From Mobula hypostoma (Eukaryota): a stretch of DNA of 64,000 nt. Shown one piece after another: positions 24,775 through 35,864 of this stretch. Position 1 is the first letter of the stretch, and every line of letters starts with the position of its first letter. Position numbers and translations under genes: made by a program. The DNA is taken from NCBI RefSeq assembly GCF_963921235.1, contig NC_086100.1:160952001-161016000 (forward strand). The letters are read 5' to 3'. The notes beneath the pieces are model-generated. The model did not search any database. It was not told where the DNA came from and saw only the letters and a list, made by a program, of their open reading frames with translations.

Positions 24775-24955
24775 CACAAGATACTGCAGATGCTGGAATC
24801 TGGAACAACAAACTATTTGTTAGAGAAACTCAGTTGGTCAGACAACATCTGTGGAGGGAAATGGACAATTAACCTTTTGGATCAAGACCCTTTACTGGGA
24901 TGGATTCATTTCCCTCCACAGATTCTGCCTGCCCCTCTGAATTCCTCCAGCATCT
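24775..24955. mobile_element. Old PLE pLTR fold-back remnant
   Basis: catctgtggagggaaatg (~24846) and catttccctccacagat (~24907) are inverted copies, with the pLTR end ctgcagatgctggaatc. Confidence 0.7.
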
Positions 24956-25780
24956 CATTTTTTTAAAAAAATGAAATAATTGTTCTGTCTTAGCAGCAAA
25001 TGAAGTCAGAAATGCTGCCTTTAGTTGAGATGGTGAAATAACTGCTTAAAGGAGCACACTCTATGAATGATAAAGCCATAATGAAAACAATTATGTTGAC
25101 TGAGTAATAAATACTTCAATGATGTCTTGAAGCTCTGTTTCTGTGTCTTGGTTATTTAGATTGCTACATATAATGCATAGTCAAACTGCTACTAATGAAA
25201 TTAATGAACCCTAGTAACAGTGCTAAATTGCATGTAACAGTGTATATTTGTGGCTGAAATTGAGCAAAAGTGTAAAGTACAGCGGTGTGATGAGAATTCT
25301 GGTACATTTTCAGAGAATTGTAGTTCTATTACTGTTTTGCTTGCCAAGTTAATTGACAAATAGAACATGTCAAGTGTATAATTTCAGGATGATTGATGTA
25401 TATTGAAATATACAGTAGTTTCGTAAGCCCTCACTGTGTGCTCGGTCATGCATCACAGGTAGTAATTAACATATATTCGGTTAGGGAGGGACAGGCACTA
25501 ACATGTGTTGATTTGGGGACCTAAATATTGGATTTGAGGTGCATAACCATTGATTTGTGCTTATTCTCTGGCTACACATATTTCTGCTTCCAAGATCAGT
25601 TGAACATACTTCATCTTGTGGTTCTGGATGAGTGTCAACATGAGTTTCATTCCTGCAGGTTCAATCTGTCCTGTCCTCATTAAATTACTTTACCCCTACT
25701 CTGCCAATGGATAGCATTCAGAAGTGAGAACTATGACTGATTCTCTCCCGGTGACTCTGACCCAAACTAACTGTTACCTA

Positions 25781-26947
25781 CAAAACTGTGCAAAAGACTT
25801 AGACACACATATATAGCTAGGGTGCCTATGGTTTTTGCACAGTAAGGTTTTTGTCAATGTGGAGTGGAGAGTGAGTTTGTACCTCTGGCGGGAGCACGAA
25901 ATGTTGGCAATAGTGAGGGTGGAGTGCCGCGGGAGGGGTCTGAGAAGGAGTACCAGGGCAGGCGGTGGTGCAGGTGCAGACAAACCCAGCCCTGAGATAC
26001 CAGTCAAGGACTTTTGATTCCAAAGAATTGATTTATTGATCATTACAAAAGTCTTCCTAAAGCTTCCCTCTCCCTTCCCCTTTTCTCAACCATGATTCTA
26101 TTCTTCCTGCCCCTTCTCACTCTTAGTCCACAAAAGAGAACCATATCAGAACCAGGTTTATCATCACTCACGTAAGCCATGAAATTTGTTTTCTTTTCGT
26201 GGTAGCAAGGCAGTGCAATACATAAAATTTCACTGCACAGGTTGATAGGATAGTTAAGAAGGCCTGCGGGATGCTAGGTTTCATTAATAGGGGGATTGAG
26301 TTCTAGAGTAGAGAGGTCATGTTGCAATTCTACAAATTTCTGGTGAGACCGCACTTAAGAGTATTGTGTTCAGTTCTGGTCACCTCATTATAGGAAGGAT
26401 GTGGATGCTATGGAGAAGGTGCAGAGGAGATTGCCTGGTTTGAAAAACAAATCTTGTGAGGCAAGGTTAGCAAAGCTGGGCTTTTCTCATTGGAGCATAG
26501 AAGGATGAGAGGGGACTTGACAGAGGTCTACAAGATTATGAGAGGCATAGATAGGGTGGAGAGCCAGTACCTGTTTCCCAGGGCACGAATAGCAATCACC
26601 AGAGGGCATATGTACAAAGTTGAGGGAGGGAAGTTTAGGGGAAGCATCAGGGGTAAGTTTTTTACACAGAGGGTTGTGGGTGCCTGGAATGACTTGCCAG
26701 GGATGGTGGTAGAGGCTAAAACATTAGGGGTATTTAAGACCCTCTTGGGCAGACACATGGATGAAAGAAAAATAGAGGGTTACGGGGTAGTGTGGGTTTA
26801 GTACTTTTTTTTAAAGGAATATATGGGTCGGCACAACATCGAGGGCCAAAGGGCCTGTACAGTGCTGTAGTATTCTAGTGTCTAGTGTCTAGTACAGTAC
26901 AGGCAGCCTAGCTGTATAGATGTGCCTAAAACTTTTGCACAGTACTG
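25781..26947. mobile_element. Non-autonomous Tc1/mariner-type composite element (hairpin-MITE ends), interrupted by CR1
   Basis: TA|caaaactgtgcaaaagacttag … ctaaaacttttgcacagtactg|TA. Internal ~400 bp is homologous to 49080-49520. Confidence 0.75.
26232..26892 (+). mobile_element. CR1 LINE 3' fragment
   Basis: RRMRGDLTEVYKIMRGIDRV…TRGH…FFTQRVVGAWNDLP with (TCTAGTG)n tail. Confidence 0.93.
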
Positions 26948-26997
26948 TAGCTGAGATTAGCCAACCCATCACAGACCATTGGTTTTATCATTTTGTG

Positions 26998-27727
26998 AGT
27001 TGAATTGAATTGAATTGACTTTATTTCTTACATCCTTCACATACATGAGGAGTAAAAATCTTTATGTTATGTCTCCATCTAAATGTACATGTGCAATCAT
27101 AATAATTTATAATTATTTATAATAAATAGTACAGTCAATGTAATACAGAGTACACTCAAATCAGCATGAGTTCATCAGCCTGATGGCCTGGTGGAAGAAG
27201 CTGTCCCGGACGGCCTGTTGGTCCTGGCTTTTATGCTGCAGTACCGCTTCCCCAATGGTAGCAGCTAGAATAGATCGTGATTGGGATGACTTGGGTCCCC
27301 AGTGATCTTAAGGGCCCTTTTTCCACACCTGTTCTTGTGAATCATGGGAAGTTCACAGCTACAGATGTGCTTAGCTGTCTGTACCACTCTCTGCAGAGTC
27401 CTGCGATTAAGGGAGGTTCAGTTTCCATACCAAGCAGTGATGCAGCCAGTCAGGACGCTCTCAATTGTGCCCCTGTGGAAAGTTCTTTGGATTTGGGGGC
27501 CCATACCAAACATCCTCAACCGTCTGAGGTGAAAGAGGCACTGTTATGCCTTTTTCACCACATAGCTCGTGTGTACAGACCATGTGAAGTCCTCAGTGAT
27601 GTGGATGCCGAGGAACTTGAAGCTGTTTACCCTCTCATCCCCAGATCCACTGATGTCAATAGGGGTTAGCCCATCTCCATTCCTCCTGTAATACACAACC
27701 AGCTCATTTGTTTTTGTGACATTGACA
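26998..27727 (-). mobile_element. Rex1/Babar-type LINE 3' fragment
   Basis: KTNELVV…ERVNSFKFLGIHITED.TWS.HT with (ATTCA)n tail at 26999-27017. Confidence 0.9.
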
Positions 27728-28874
27728 GTTGCAATTATTCCCATTTGACAATTGCAGAAAGATCAAAATCAAATATTTGCAATATTCAGCAAGGATAACA
27801 GAAAATAAAACTTCCAATCACAATGGAAAACACAAGTAATATTGCTAACAATGCCTTATTCTTGTAATGTGTACTGAGACACAGTGAAGACTTTTGTGTG
27901 CTATCAGGCAGATCATGCAATATGTAATTACATTGAGGTAGTTAAAAAAAAATGCAGAATATAGTATTACAGTTACATAGAAAGTACAGTGCAGGGAAAC
28001 AAAAACAGTGCAAGGGCCAACACGAGGTTGAGTGAGAGAGCAATAATTCATCTTTAATGTATGAAAGGTTCATTCAAGAGTCTTATAATAGTGAGTGAAT
28101 GTCCAGGTGGGTGAGGTCTTTGATTATGTTGGCTGCTTTTCTGAGGCAACTAGAAGTGGAGACAGAGTCAATAGAGGGGAGGCCACGTTCTGTTGGACTA
28201 ATGACAACCATTGAATCTCCAGTCTGACATATGTGCATCCTTAAGAAATAAAGTTTTACACCCAGATGACCTCAATTTAACCCTGTATCTTCAGAACTGG
28301 TCTTATTTTCCCCATCCACATTCCCAGTACTGTATTGGAACTGTAAGGTGGAGTTAGTATATAACGATAAAAAGTTTTAAAAAGCAGAACCTTGGTGAAA
28401 GGCTCAACAAAACTTCTTTCTTTTAAATTCACACATAGAAAATGCATCAAAAATTTACAAATGCTGAATCCATATAATGTCAAACTAAGCTGTTTTGGGA
28501 ATTGGATTAGTCTTTGCAAATGATTTGCATCTTAAAAAGTCTGCTGCCAAATGTGTTGGAAAAAGTATTAAACCCTCCTTATTATCAAAAATCAAATTGA
28601 AAATATATTAAATTGCAACTTGTTGTTAAATGAATTTTCTCAGAAAATCTTGTGTCCTAAAAGGATTACAGACTGAAGTCAAAAAGAAAACATAAAGCCT
28701 GATCATTGCATTAACTTCAATAGGATTGAATTTAGGAGTCAGAGTACAACATCTTGCTATTTTGCAGTGAGCCTAACATTTCTGACTGGAGAATGATTTA
28801 TAAGCATACATTTCAAAGTAACATCAGTGAACGAGATCTAATCAGCTAAATGTGTCTCAGTTTCAGAGAACCAG

Positions 28875-29450
28875 TTAGGAAGGGTATCTATATTCTACCT
28901 GTGCAGTTTGCAACATGGTGGTGTGAGCACTGAATTTTCCATCTTCCAGTAACCACACCCCTTTCTCATCCCCCACCGTTCCTCCCCCCCAATTCACCTC
29001 ACCCCCATCTCCATGTCTCTTTATCCTCCTCCATCCTTTCCATCTGCCCATCACCAACATCTTTGTCCACTGTTTCCATTCCCTACTCTTCCCTCCTGTC
29101 TCCCTAGTCTGCCTACTTCTCCTAATCAATTTCCGTTTCCATTTCCAACCCTTTGTCAGTTTTGCCCATCACTTCCCAGCTTCTGGCGCCATCTCCACTC
29201 TTCCAACTCTCATCTGCGTATTGACTCTCCTCACACCTGGATCCACCTATCACCTGCAACATCTTGCCCCACCCTTTCCCTCTCCTTCTTTATACTTTAT
29301 TGTTATTTATAACTCTATATCTTTCTGCCCAGATGAATAGCTAAACAGTCTCAATCCCAAACATCAACTTACATTTTCCTCCACAGGTGCTGCTTGACTT
29401 CCTGAGTTCCTCCAGCACTCTGTTGCTTAGGATCACAGTATCTTGTGTCT
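28875..29450 (+). mobile_element. Old PLE 3' end (ORF end, pyrimidine-rich 3' UTR, pLTR)
   Basis: Decayed match to the LIFRLGSLQP.GMNI.F coding sequence at 28880-28950, a C/T-rich UTR, then ttttcctccacaggtgctgcttgacttcctgagttcctccagca. Confidence 0.75.
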
Positions 29451-29714
29451 CAGAGATGATCGGTAACCTTCAAATCTTGAAAATTCAGCTTATCTGAAGC
29501 TCTGCTCTCCAGAGTTTCCCTGGAATTCCCTTTCTTCAAACACAACAGTCCTAGCTGATCAATGAATTTTTATCTTCAATCCAACTATCCACCGTAGATA
29601 AATAACAGAGCTAATGGAGGTAGGGTCATTGGAGCACTTAGATGTGTAAAGCCATTTCAACTGACCATGATGCTGGGACCTATGAGGGGAAGAGCTAAGG
29701 TGGGTGTGGACAGT

Positions 29715-30015
29715 CTTATTCTCCGGGTTAAAGAAGTATCAACTAGAAGGCATAAGCTTGAGGTGAGAAGGGGAATGATTTAATAGGAGCCTGAGTCACA
29801 ATATTTTCACCCAGAGGGTGGTCAGTGTATGGAATATGCTGCCAGAGTAAGTAGTTGAGGAGGGTTCATTAACAACACTTAAGAAGTATTTGGAGAAGTA
29901 CAGGGTTAGATGGATATGGGCCAAATGCAGACAAACGACACTAGCTCAGATGAAATCTTAGTGAGCATGGACTAGTTCGGCCAAAGGGCCCGCTTCTGAC
30001 CTGTATGACTCAGTG
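29715..30015 (+). mobile_element. CR1 3' fragment
   Basis: actagaaggcata…ttttcacccagagggtggt…ggccaaagggcc…ctgtatgactc. Confidence 0.8.
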
Positions 30016-30154
30016 ACTTATTCTGAATTGGATTTTGGTGCTCAAAACAAATGTTCTGTTGAAAGATTATTGACCTGAAGCCCTAAGTCACTTTTATTCT
30101 CTGCGGAGCTATCTAACTTGCTGTGTATTTCCATCATTTTCAGGTTTTTATTTA

Positions 30155-30320
30155 TCAGAATCAGAATCAGAATCAGGTTTAATATATGTGGTGAAATTTG
30201 TTGTCTTTGTAGCAGCAGTACAATGCAATACAGAATAATAGAGAGAAAATGTGAATTACAGCATATATTAATTAATTACAGTATATTAAATAAGTAGTGA
30301 AAAAATAAAAACAAAATTTA
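30155..30320 (-). mobile_element. Rex1-type 3' tail fragment
   Basis: (atcaga)x3 tail followed by ggtttaat…gaaatttgttg…gcagcagtacaatgcaataca. Confidence 0.8.
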
Positions 30321-31129
30321 AAGTGCATGTTTTGTATTTTCCTGAGCTAACACAATTGATGGAATTTTATAACTTCAGGCTTTGTTTTACAGGTGGAGCC
30401 TCATTAGGGCAATTTCATTTTAAGCCAGTGGAAGAAGTTGCAGATTTAGATAGTGCATTTATGTTCATCTTATAGCAGTAGTGAAATTCCGATACATTTT
30501 TATTGTTTAACTAGTACTTCCCAGCTGGGTTGTTAAGAAAGACGGAAACTAGTGGAAACAACTACCCAGCTTTATCACTCCTGCTTGAAGTAACAAAGTA
30601 ACAGAAAGGCATAAAAATTACAGGTGTCACTCTTTGTCAAGCTTTTCATTTTTTTGACATATTTTCCAAACTGGATGACTCAAGAACCATATTTTAAGTC
30701 AAGTTAAAGTATAACTCTTGTAGGTCAGTGACCATAGAAGTTGCCTTTAGGGGTAGAACATGAGCAATCACACAATTATAGAATCAAGCACAGAAGTATC
30801 TGATCAGTAACATGATGTAGGTATTATAGTTTTGGCGGCCTGTTTCACTCTTAACTCAATACTTGCATTCAACTGGCTAAATTTCTGGTTAATGTGTTAG
30901 ATGTATAGTCCATGAGAGATTGTGATTGATCCTGTCTAATACGGAGTACCAATGAATTGGGCCTTCATGTATAACCATAGGTTTATCATTTTTTTACACC
31001 AAAGTTCCACTGTATGTTGGTGTTGAGCTATTTATATTATGGAATAATATATACTTGTTGTGTACCAATGTCAAAGGTATCTCCAAGCAGCTGCAAGACA
31101 CTTTGAAGAGGAAGAGAGAACAGCCAGGC

Positions 31130-32640
31130 GTCAGTGTGCACATTAGCACAAATGAGAGAGGTGGAAAAAGGGATGAGGTCCTACAGAGTAAATATAGGTA
31201 CTTAGAAGATTAAAAAGCATGAACTCATGGTTTGTAATATCTGGGTTATTCCCATTGATATTTGCTAGTGAGAGTAGGAATACCCTCGCTAGCAAGTATC
31301 ACTGAGTAGATCAGTGCGTGGCTGAGGGCTCGGTACAAGAGGGAAGGATTCACGTGAGAGGACCTTTGGGATTTCCACTGGGGCAGACATGATGAGTGCC
31401 AGAGGGGTGGGTTCCATCTGAGCTGTGGGAGGACCGATTTCCTGGTGAGGAGATTGTTAAAGCTACTTGGTGGTTTTAAGCTAGTCTAGTAGGGGGTTGG
31501 GGAGTGATGGAGGTTGTAGCAAACACGTAATAGTATTATAGATAAGAAAGTTGAGGAAAATATAAAAGTTAAAGTGACCAAGGGACTGTAACTGCCTTCG
31601 TGGTGGGGGATTACATGAGCATAATTTGTCAGTATATCCAGGATGTTTTCTCAAGCATTGATCAGATGACCTTACTAGAGTGTGTGCAATACAACTTCTT
31701 GGGGAATGAAGCTGGACAAGTGATGTATGTGTCATTTTAAGATCAGAGGACAGAAGTCTATTCACTTTTAAGATAGTTCTGAGAAAAAAATATAGGACTG
31801 GTCCATAAGTTAAAGTGCTAAATTGGCAGAAGGTTTACTTTTATGGCATTAGATGAGAAGTTGCATAGATTGACTCAGACAGGCTGTTTACAGGTAAGGA
31901 GGATGTCTTGCAAATGAGAAGCTTTTAGAAGTGAGAAAGGGGGAGTTCGGGACCAACGTACTTCTGTTAGAGTGAAAGGCAAGGCTGGCATTATTAGAGA
32001 ACCCTGGGTTATTGTTGAGGGACTCATCAGGATAAAGATGAAGACATACGTCTGGTATAGGAGAAGCGATCAAGAGAGTCCCTGAGGAGAGTAGAGGGTG
32101 TAAGAGTACACTTAAGAAATAAACCATCAGGGGAAACAGGAGGACATGAAAGATCCTTGGTATTTTAGGCAAAAGTGAATCCTAAAAGATTCTGTAAGTA
32201 TATCAAGGGTAACTAGAGAGATTATAGTGTCCTCATCTATGTATGATGATACTCTATTTGTTTTCTCTGGAGTATAAATAGTGACCTCATAGAGGTTTAT
32301 TAATTCATGAAGGGTATAGTTAAGGTGGTTGGTCACAGAATTTTTCCCAGAGCAGAGGAGATTAAAATTAGAGGGCAAAGTTGTAAGTGAGAGTTGGAAA
32401 AAATTAAAGGGGATCTGGGGATGATGGATATGTGGAAGGAGCTGCCAGAGGATGTGGTAGAGGTGGGTAAAATTCCAATAGTTAAAAGACAATTGGGCAA
32501 GAATGTGGATAGGAAAGGTGTAGAAGGATATGGATCAAATGGAGAGAAATGGGACTAGCTGAGCTTGGAAGTTTGGTCAGCATGGATATTAGGTCAAAGG
32601 GCCTGATTCCATGTTGTATAACCTGATGAATCTCTGTGTA
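31130..32640 (+). mobile_element. Highly deleted old CR1 (ORF1 esterase, ORF2 scraps, 3' end)
   Basis: Patchy similarity to 55740-56100 (gcgtggctgagg, tgggatttccactggggcag), the KVNPKRF..Y segment near 32170, and a CR1 3' end at 32570-32630. Confidence 0.7.
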
Positions 32641-32804
32641 CCAGTCCCATTGTGCCTGCACAGACTCTTCAAAAGGACAATCCAAACAGTCCAATTTTTG
32701 TTTTTCAGTGATCTGCAGACACTTTCAATTTCATCCTCATTCGGTTTTCTGTTGTTAACCACCAACATTTGAGAACATAGATACTGGCTGAATCTGAATT
32801 GCTG

Positions 32805-32918
32805 ACACAAGTGACTGCAGATGCTGGAATTCGGCAACAGACAAAACAGAGGAAATCTGGGGGTCAGACCACATCTACGGATAGTCAAAATTTTGGATCG
32901 AGACCCTTCATCTGGCCA
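32805..32918 (-). mobile_element. PLE pLTR fragment
   Basis: acacaagtgactgcagatgctggaat…tcgagacccttcatctgg. Confidence 0.7.
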
Positions 32919-34416
32919 AAATCTGAAGTCTTACTGTTGTTGGATGTTGGATGCTGGAGTTGGAGGCAAATATTGAAGCCACCTGATTGTTCAGATGCCA
33001 AGTATAAAGAGCTGGAGGCTGTGAGGTTTGTCTTTACATCATGTTGGAGGAAGTGAATTGTCCCTCAGACACTACAGCTGGGTTGTTTTGTTTGAGTAGT
33101 GATATATTTCTAGTGTCAGGATGGTTTGGATAGAGGAAAACAAGCAGGCAGTGGGATTTTACATCTCCTGCTGCCTTTGTCCTTCTTAGCGGTGGTTGTT
33201 ATAGGTTTAGGAGATGCTGTCAGAATAACCTTGCACATAATTGGCATTTTGCAGTCAGAACACGCTGCAACTGTGCCATTCTAATGGTGGAGGGAGTCAC
33301 AGATTGGATGAGTATGCATTCTATTAACTTACCGGTGTTGTCCGCATTGTTTGTGTTACTAAACTTCTACTGTCAAATATCACCTTTCCTCAGAAATACA
33401 GGAACAGGGCTTGGGTTTCCAGAAGGCTGAAAACTAACTGGTGCTTGAGTAATATGCTAATACACTGGAGCCACTGTGTGCTATTCCTGCTTTCGCTGAT
33501 AACCAAAAATGGTACTTTCAGATTGTAATCTTTTACATGGGTTTAAAATTCAGTTTGCCTGAATAAGACTTCAGCTCAAAAACCCAATTTGAAATTATGA
33601 GGTTTCACCAGTTGTAATGGCTCATGAAAGCTCTTCAAATTACATTTTATTTTTGTAGAAACAAGAGCACTAGAATATATGTTTGAAAACTGTTTTCATT
33701 TAAACTAAAATAATTTATAAAGAATCTGGTTCGTGTACGGCAATGAAAAGGAATTGTTCCCCAGGTTACAATCTGCTTAGGACTGTGTTGTGAATCTTAA
33801 AATCATATTTGAGTAATTCCAAGCAGTTTGTCTTAAATTGGATCTTTACACCCCATCACTCTGCTGATTCCTTCATTTAATACTTTTGCCTTCTCCCTGT
33901 GCTCTGTTAGGCTATTCTTAACTGGTTCTTGACCACTCATTCTGTTGTAGCACTCTCTCATCTCTCAGACGTTTAGTGGCTGTTTATTCAATCATTTAGC
34001 TTTCAAAACCATAAATAATATATCTGGTCATCCTTAGGTAGTGCCAGATGTATGATATAATGGCATCTGTGAGCTGTATGCTACTTTTAAAACTTAATTT
34101 GCTGAAGTTAATCTCAACAAATTTTGGAATTAAGTTACGTTGGGGACACCTGATCACATAGTGTGTTTCTTTTCCCCCAATACAAAGGCAAATTTCAGCA
34201 ATTTTGGGTTCTCTGTTTAGCAGGTTTGGCTAGTTCTGTAGCAAGTTACTCATCTTTAATATTAACTCAGTAATTCTCACTCCACCAGCATGGCTTCATC
34301 CTTTGAGCATTTCCTGCAGCTCTACATTTCACAATCTTTTCACTTTCCTTTGCTTGGGTTCTCTCTTTCCATCTGAGTCTTCTCATTCACTTACAAATCA
34401 GATAACTTTATCAACA

Positions 34417-34599
34417 TCAAAGTTGCTGGTGAACGCAGCAGGCCAGGCAGCATCTCTAGGAAGAGGTACAGTCAGGGTCTCGGCCTGAAACGTCGACTGT
34501 ACCGCTTCCTAGAGATGCTGCCTGGCCTGCCGTGTTCACCAGCAACTTTTATGTGTGTTGCTTGAATTTCCAGCATCTGCAGAATTCCTCGTGTTTGCG
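34417..34599 (+). mobile_element. PLE pLTR fold-back (hairpin) insertion with 14-bp TSD
   Basis: taactttatcaaca at 34403-34416 and 34600-34613. ~60-bp inverted arms 34414-34473 / 34495-34554. Confidence 0.92.
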
Positions 34600-35656
34600 T
34601 AACTTTATCAACACCTTATCACAACAGCAAATCCCTATCATTTACCCTCAGCATCATATTCATCCTTCTTTCTGCAATGTAAATCATTGCCTTTTCTCTT
34701 TTCCATTTCAGGCAAAGAATCTTCAAGTTGAAACTTCGACTGGTTTTCTTTCCACAGATGCTACCTGAAGTGGTGTACATTTCCTGTTTTTTTTTTGCTT
34801 TTTGCCTCAGATTTTAGCACCTGCAGTAATTTGAGTTTCATAGGCTTTAACCCTCTGTTCTGATTCTTGGTCATCAGCAGATGTTTAATTCTCTAAAAGG
34901 AATAGTAAGTTTTACAACTTGTTTACATCTATTCTTAAGTTTGGACGCCTAAAATTTCATCCTTTGTCACAACACTAAAAGCACAATATTGAACTCATCC
35001 TCCAAAATTCAGTTCTTAATTTTGACATTGAAGCTCCACTACCATAGCCACTACTATAGAGCAAATTTCACATGATGGGAATAAACTTAAATGTAAATGT
35101 TTTTTTAATCAATGTGAGCACTACTTAGAAGAGTTTGTAATCACAAGAGATTCTGCAGATGATGGACATCTAGAGCAAGACACACAAAATGCTGGAGGAA
35201 CTCAGCAGGTCAGGCAGCATCTATGTAGAAGAATAAAATAGTCGACGTTTCAGGCTGAGACCCTTCATCTGGACTGGAAAGAAAGGAGGAGAAGCAGAAT
35301 AAGAAGTGGAGGGAGGAGAAGGACTTCAAGTTGGCAGGTGATAAGATAGACCACTGGTGGGTGGGTGAGGGTGGGGGAAGAAATGAAGGAAGAAGCTGGG
35401 GGGTAAAAGCTGGGAGATGTAAATGACTGAAAAAGAAAGAATCTGATAGGAGAGAACAGTAAACTATGGGAGAAAGGGCAGGAGGAGGGGTACCAGAAAG
35501 GGGTGATGGGTGGGTGAAGAGAAGAGAAAGGGTAAGAGGGGAGTCAGAATGGGAACTTAGAAAAGAGAGAAGAGAGACAGGGGAGATATTTTTAAAAGTT
35601 AGAGAACTCGATGTTCATGCCATCAGGTCGGAGGCGACCCAAATAGAATAAGAGGT

Positions 35657-35864
35657 AACACACATCAAAGTTGCTGGTGAACGCAGCAGGCCAGGCAGCA
35701 TCTATAGGAAGAGGCGCAGTCGACGTTTCAGGTCCTGACGAAGGGTCTCGGCCTGAAACGTCGACTGCGCCTCTTCCTATAGATGCTGCCTGGCCTGCTG
35801 CGTTCACCAGCAACTTTGATGTGTGTTGCTTGAATTTCCAGCATCTGCAGAATTCCTGTTGTTT
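35657..35864 (+). mobile_element. PLE pLTR fold-back insertion: perfect 76-bp inverted repeat, 13-bp TSD
   Basis: tagaataagaggt at 35644-35656 and 35865-35877. Arms 35657-35732 and 35752-35827 are exact reverse complements around a 19-nt loop. Confidence 0.95.
35731..35766 (+). ncRNA. Minimal type I hammerhead ribozyme motif (PLE-type)
   Basis: ggtc CTGACGA agg-gtctcgg-cct GAAA c GTC^ gact. Intact CUGANGA and GAAA boxes, stem I ggtc/gact, stem II agg/cct, palindromic ACGT in place of stem III, predicted cleavage after 35762. Confidence 0.75.

Noticed and set aside
34417-35864. Classifying the hairpins as DNA-transposon MITEs or miRNA genes
   Set aside because: The inverted arms are not terminal (a 37-45 bp unpaired 3' extension), TSD lengths vary, and the sequence is identical to the pLTR attached to the GIY-YIG ORF at 14035-14150. 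There is no evidence for miRNA processing.
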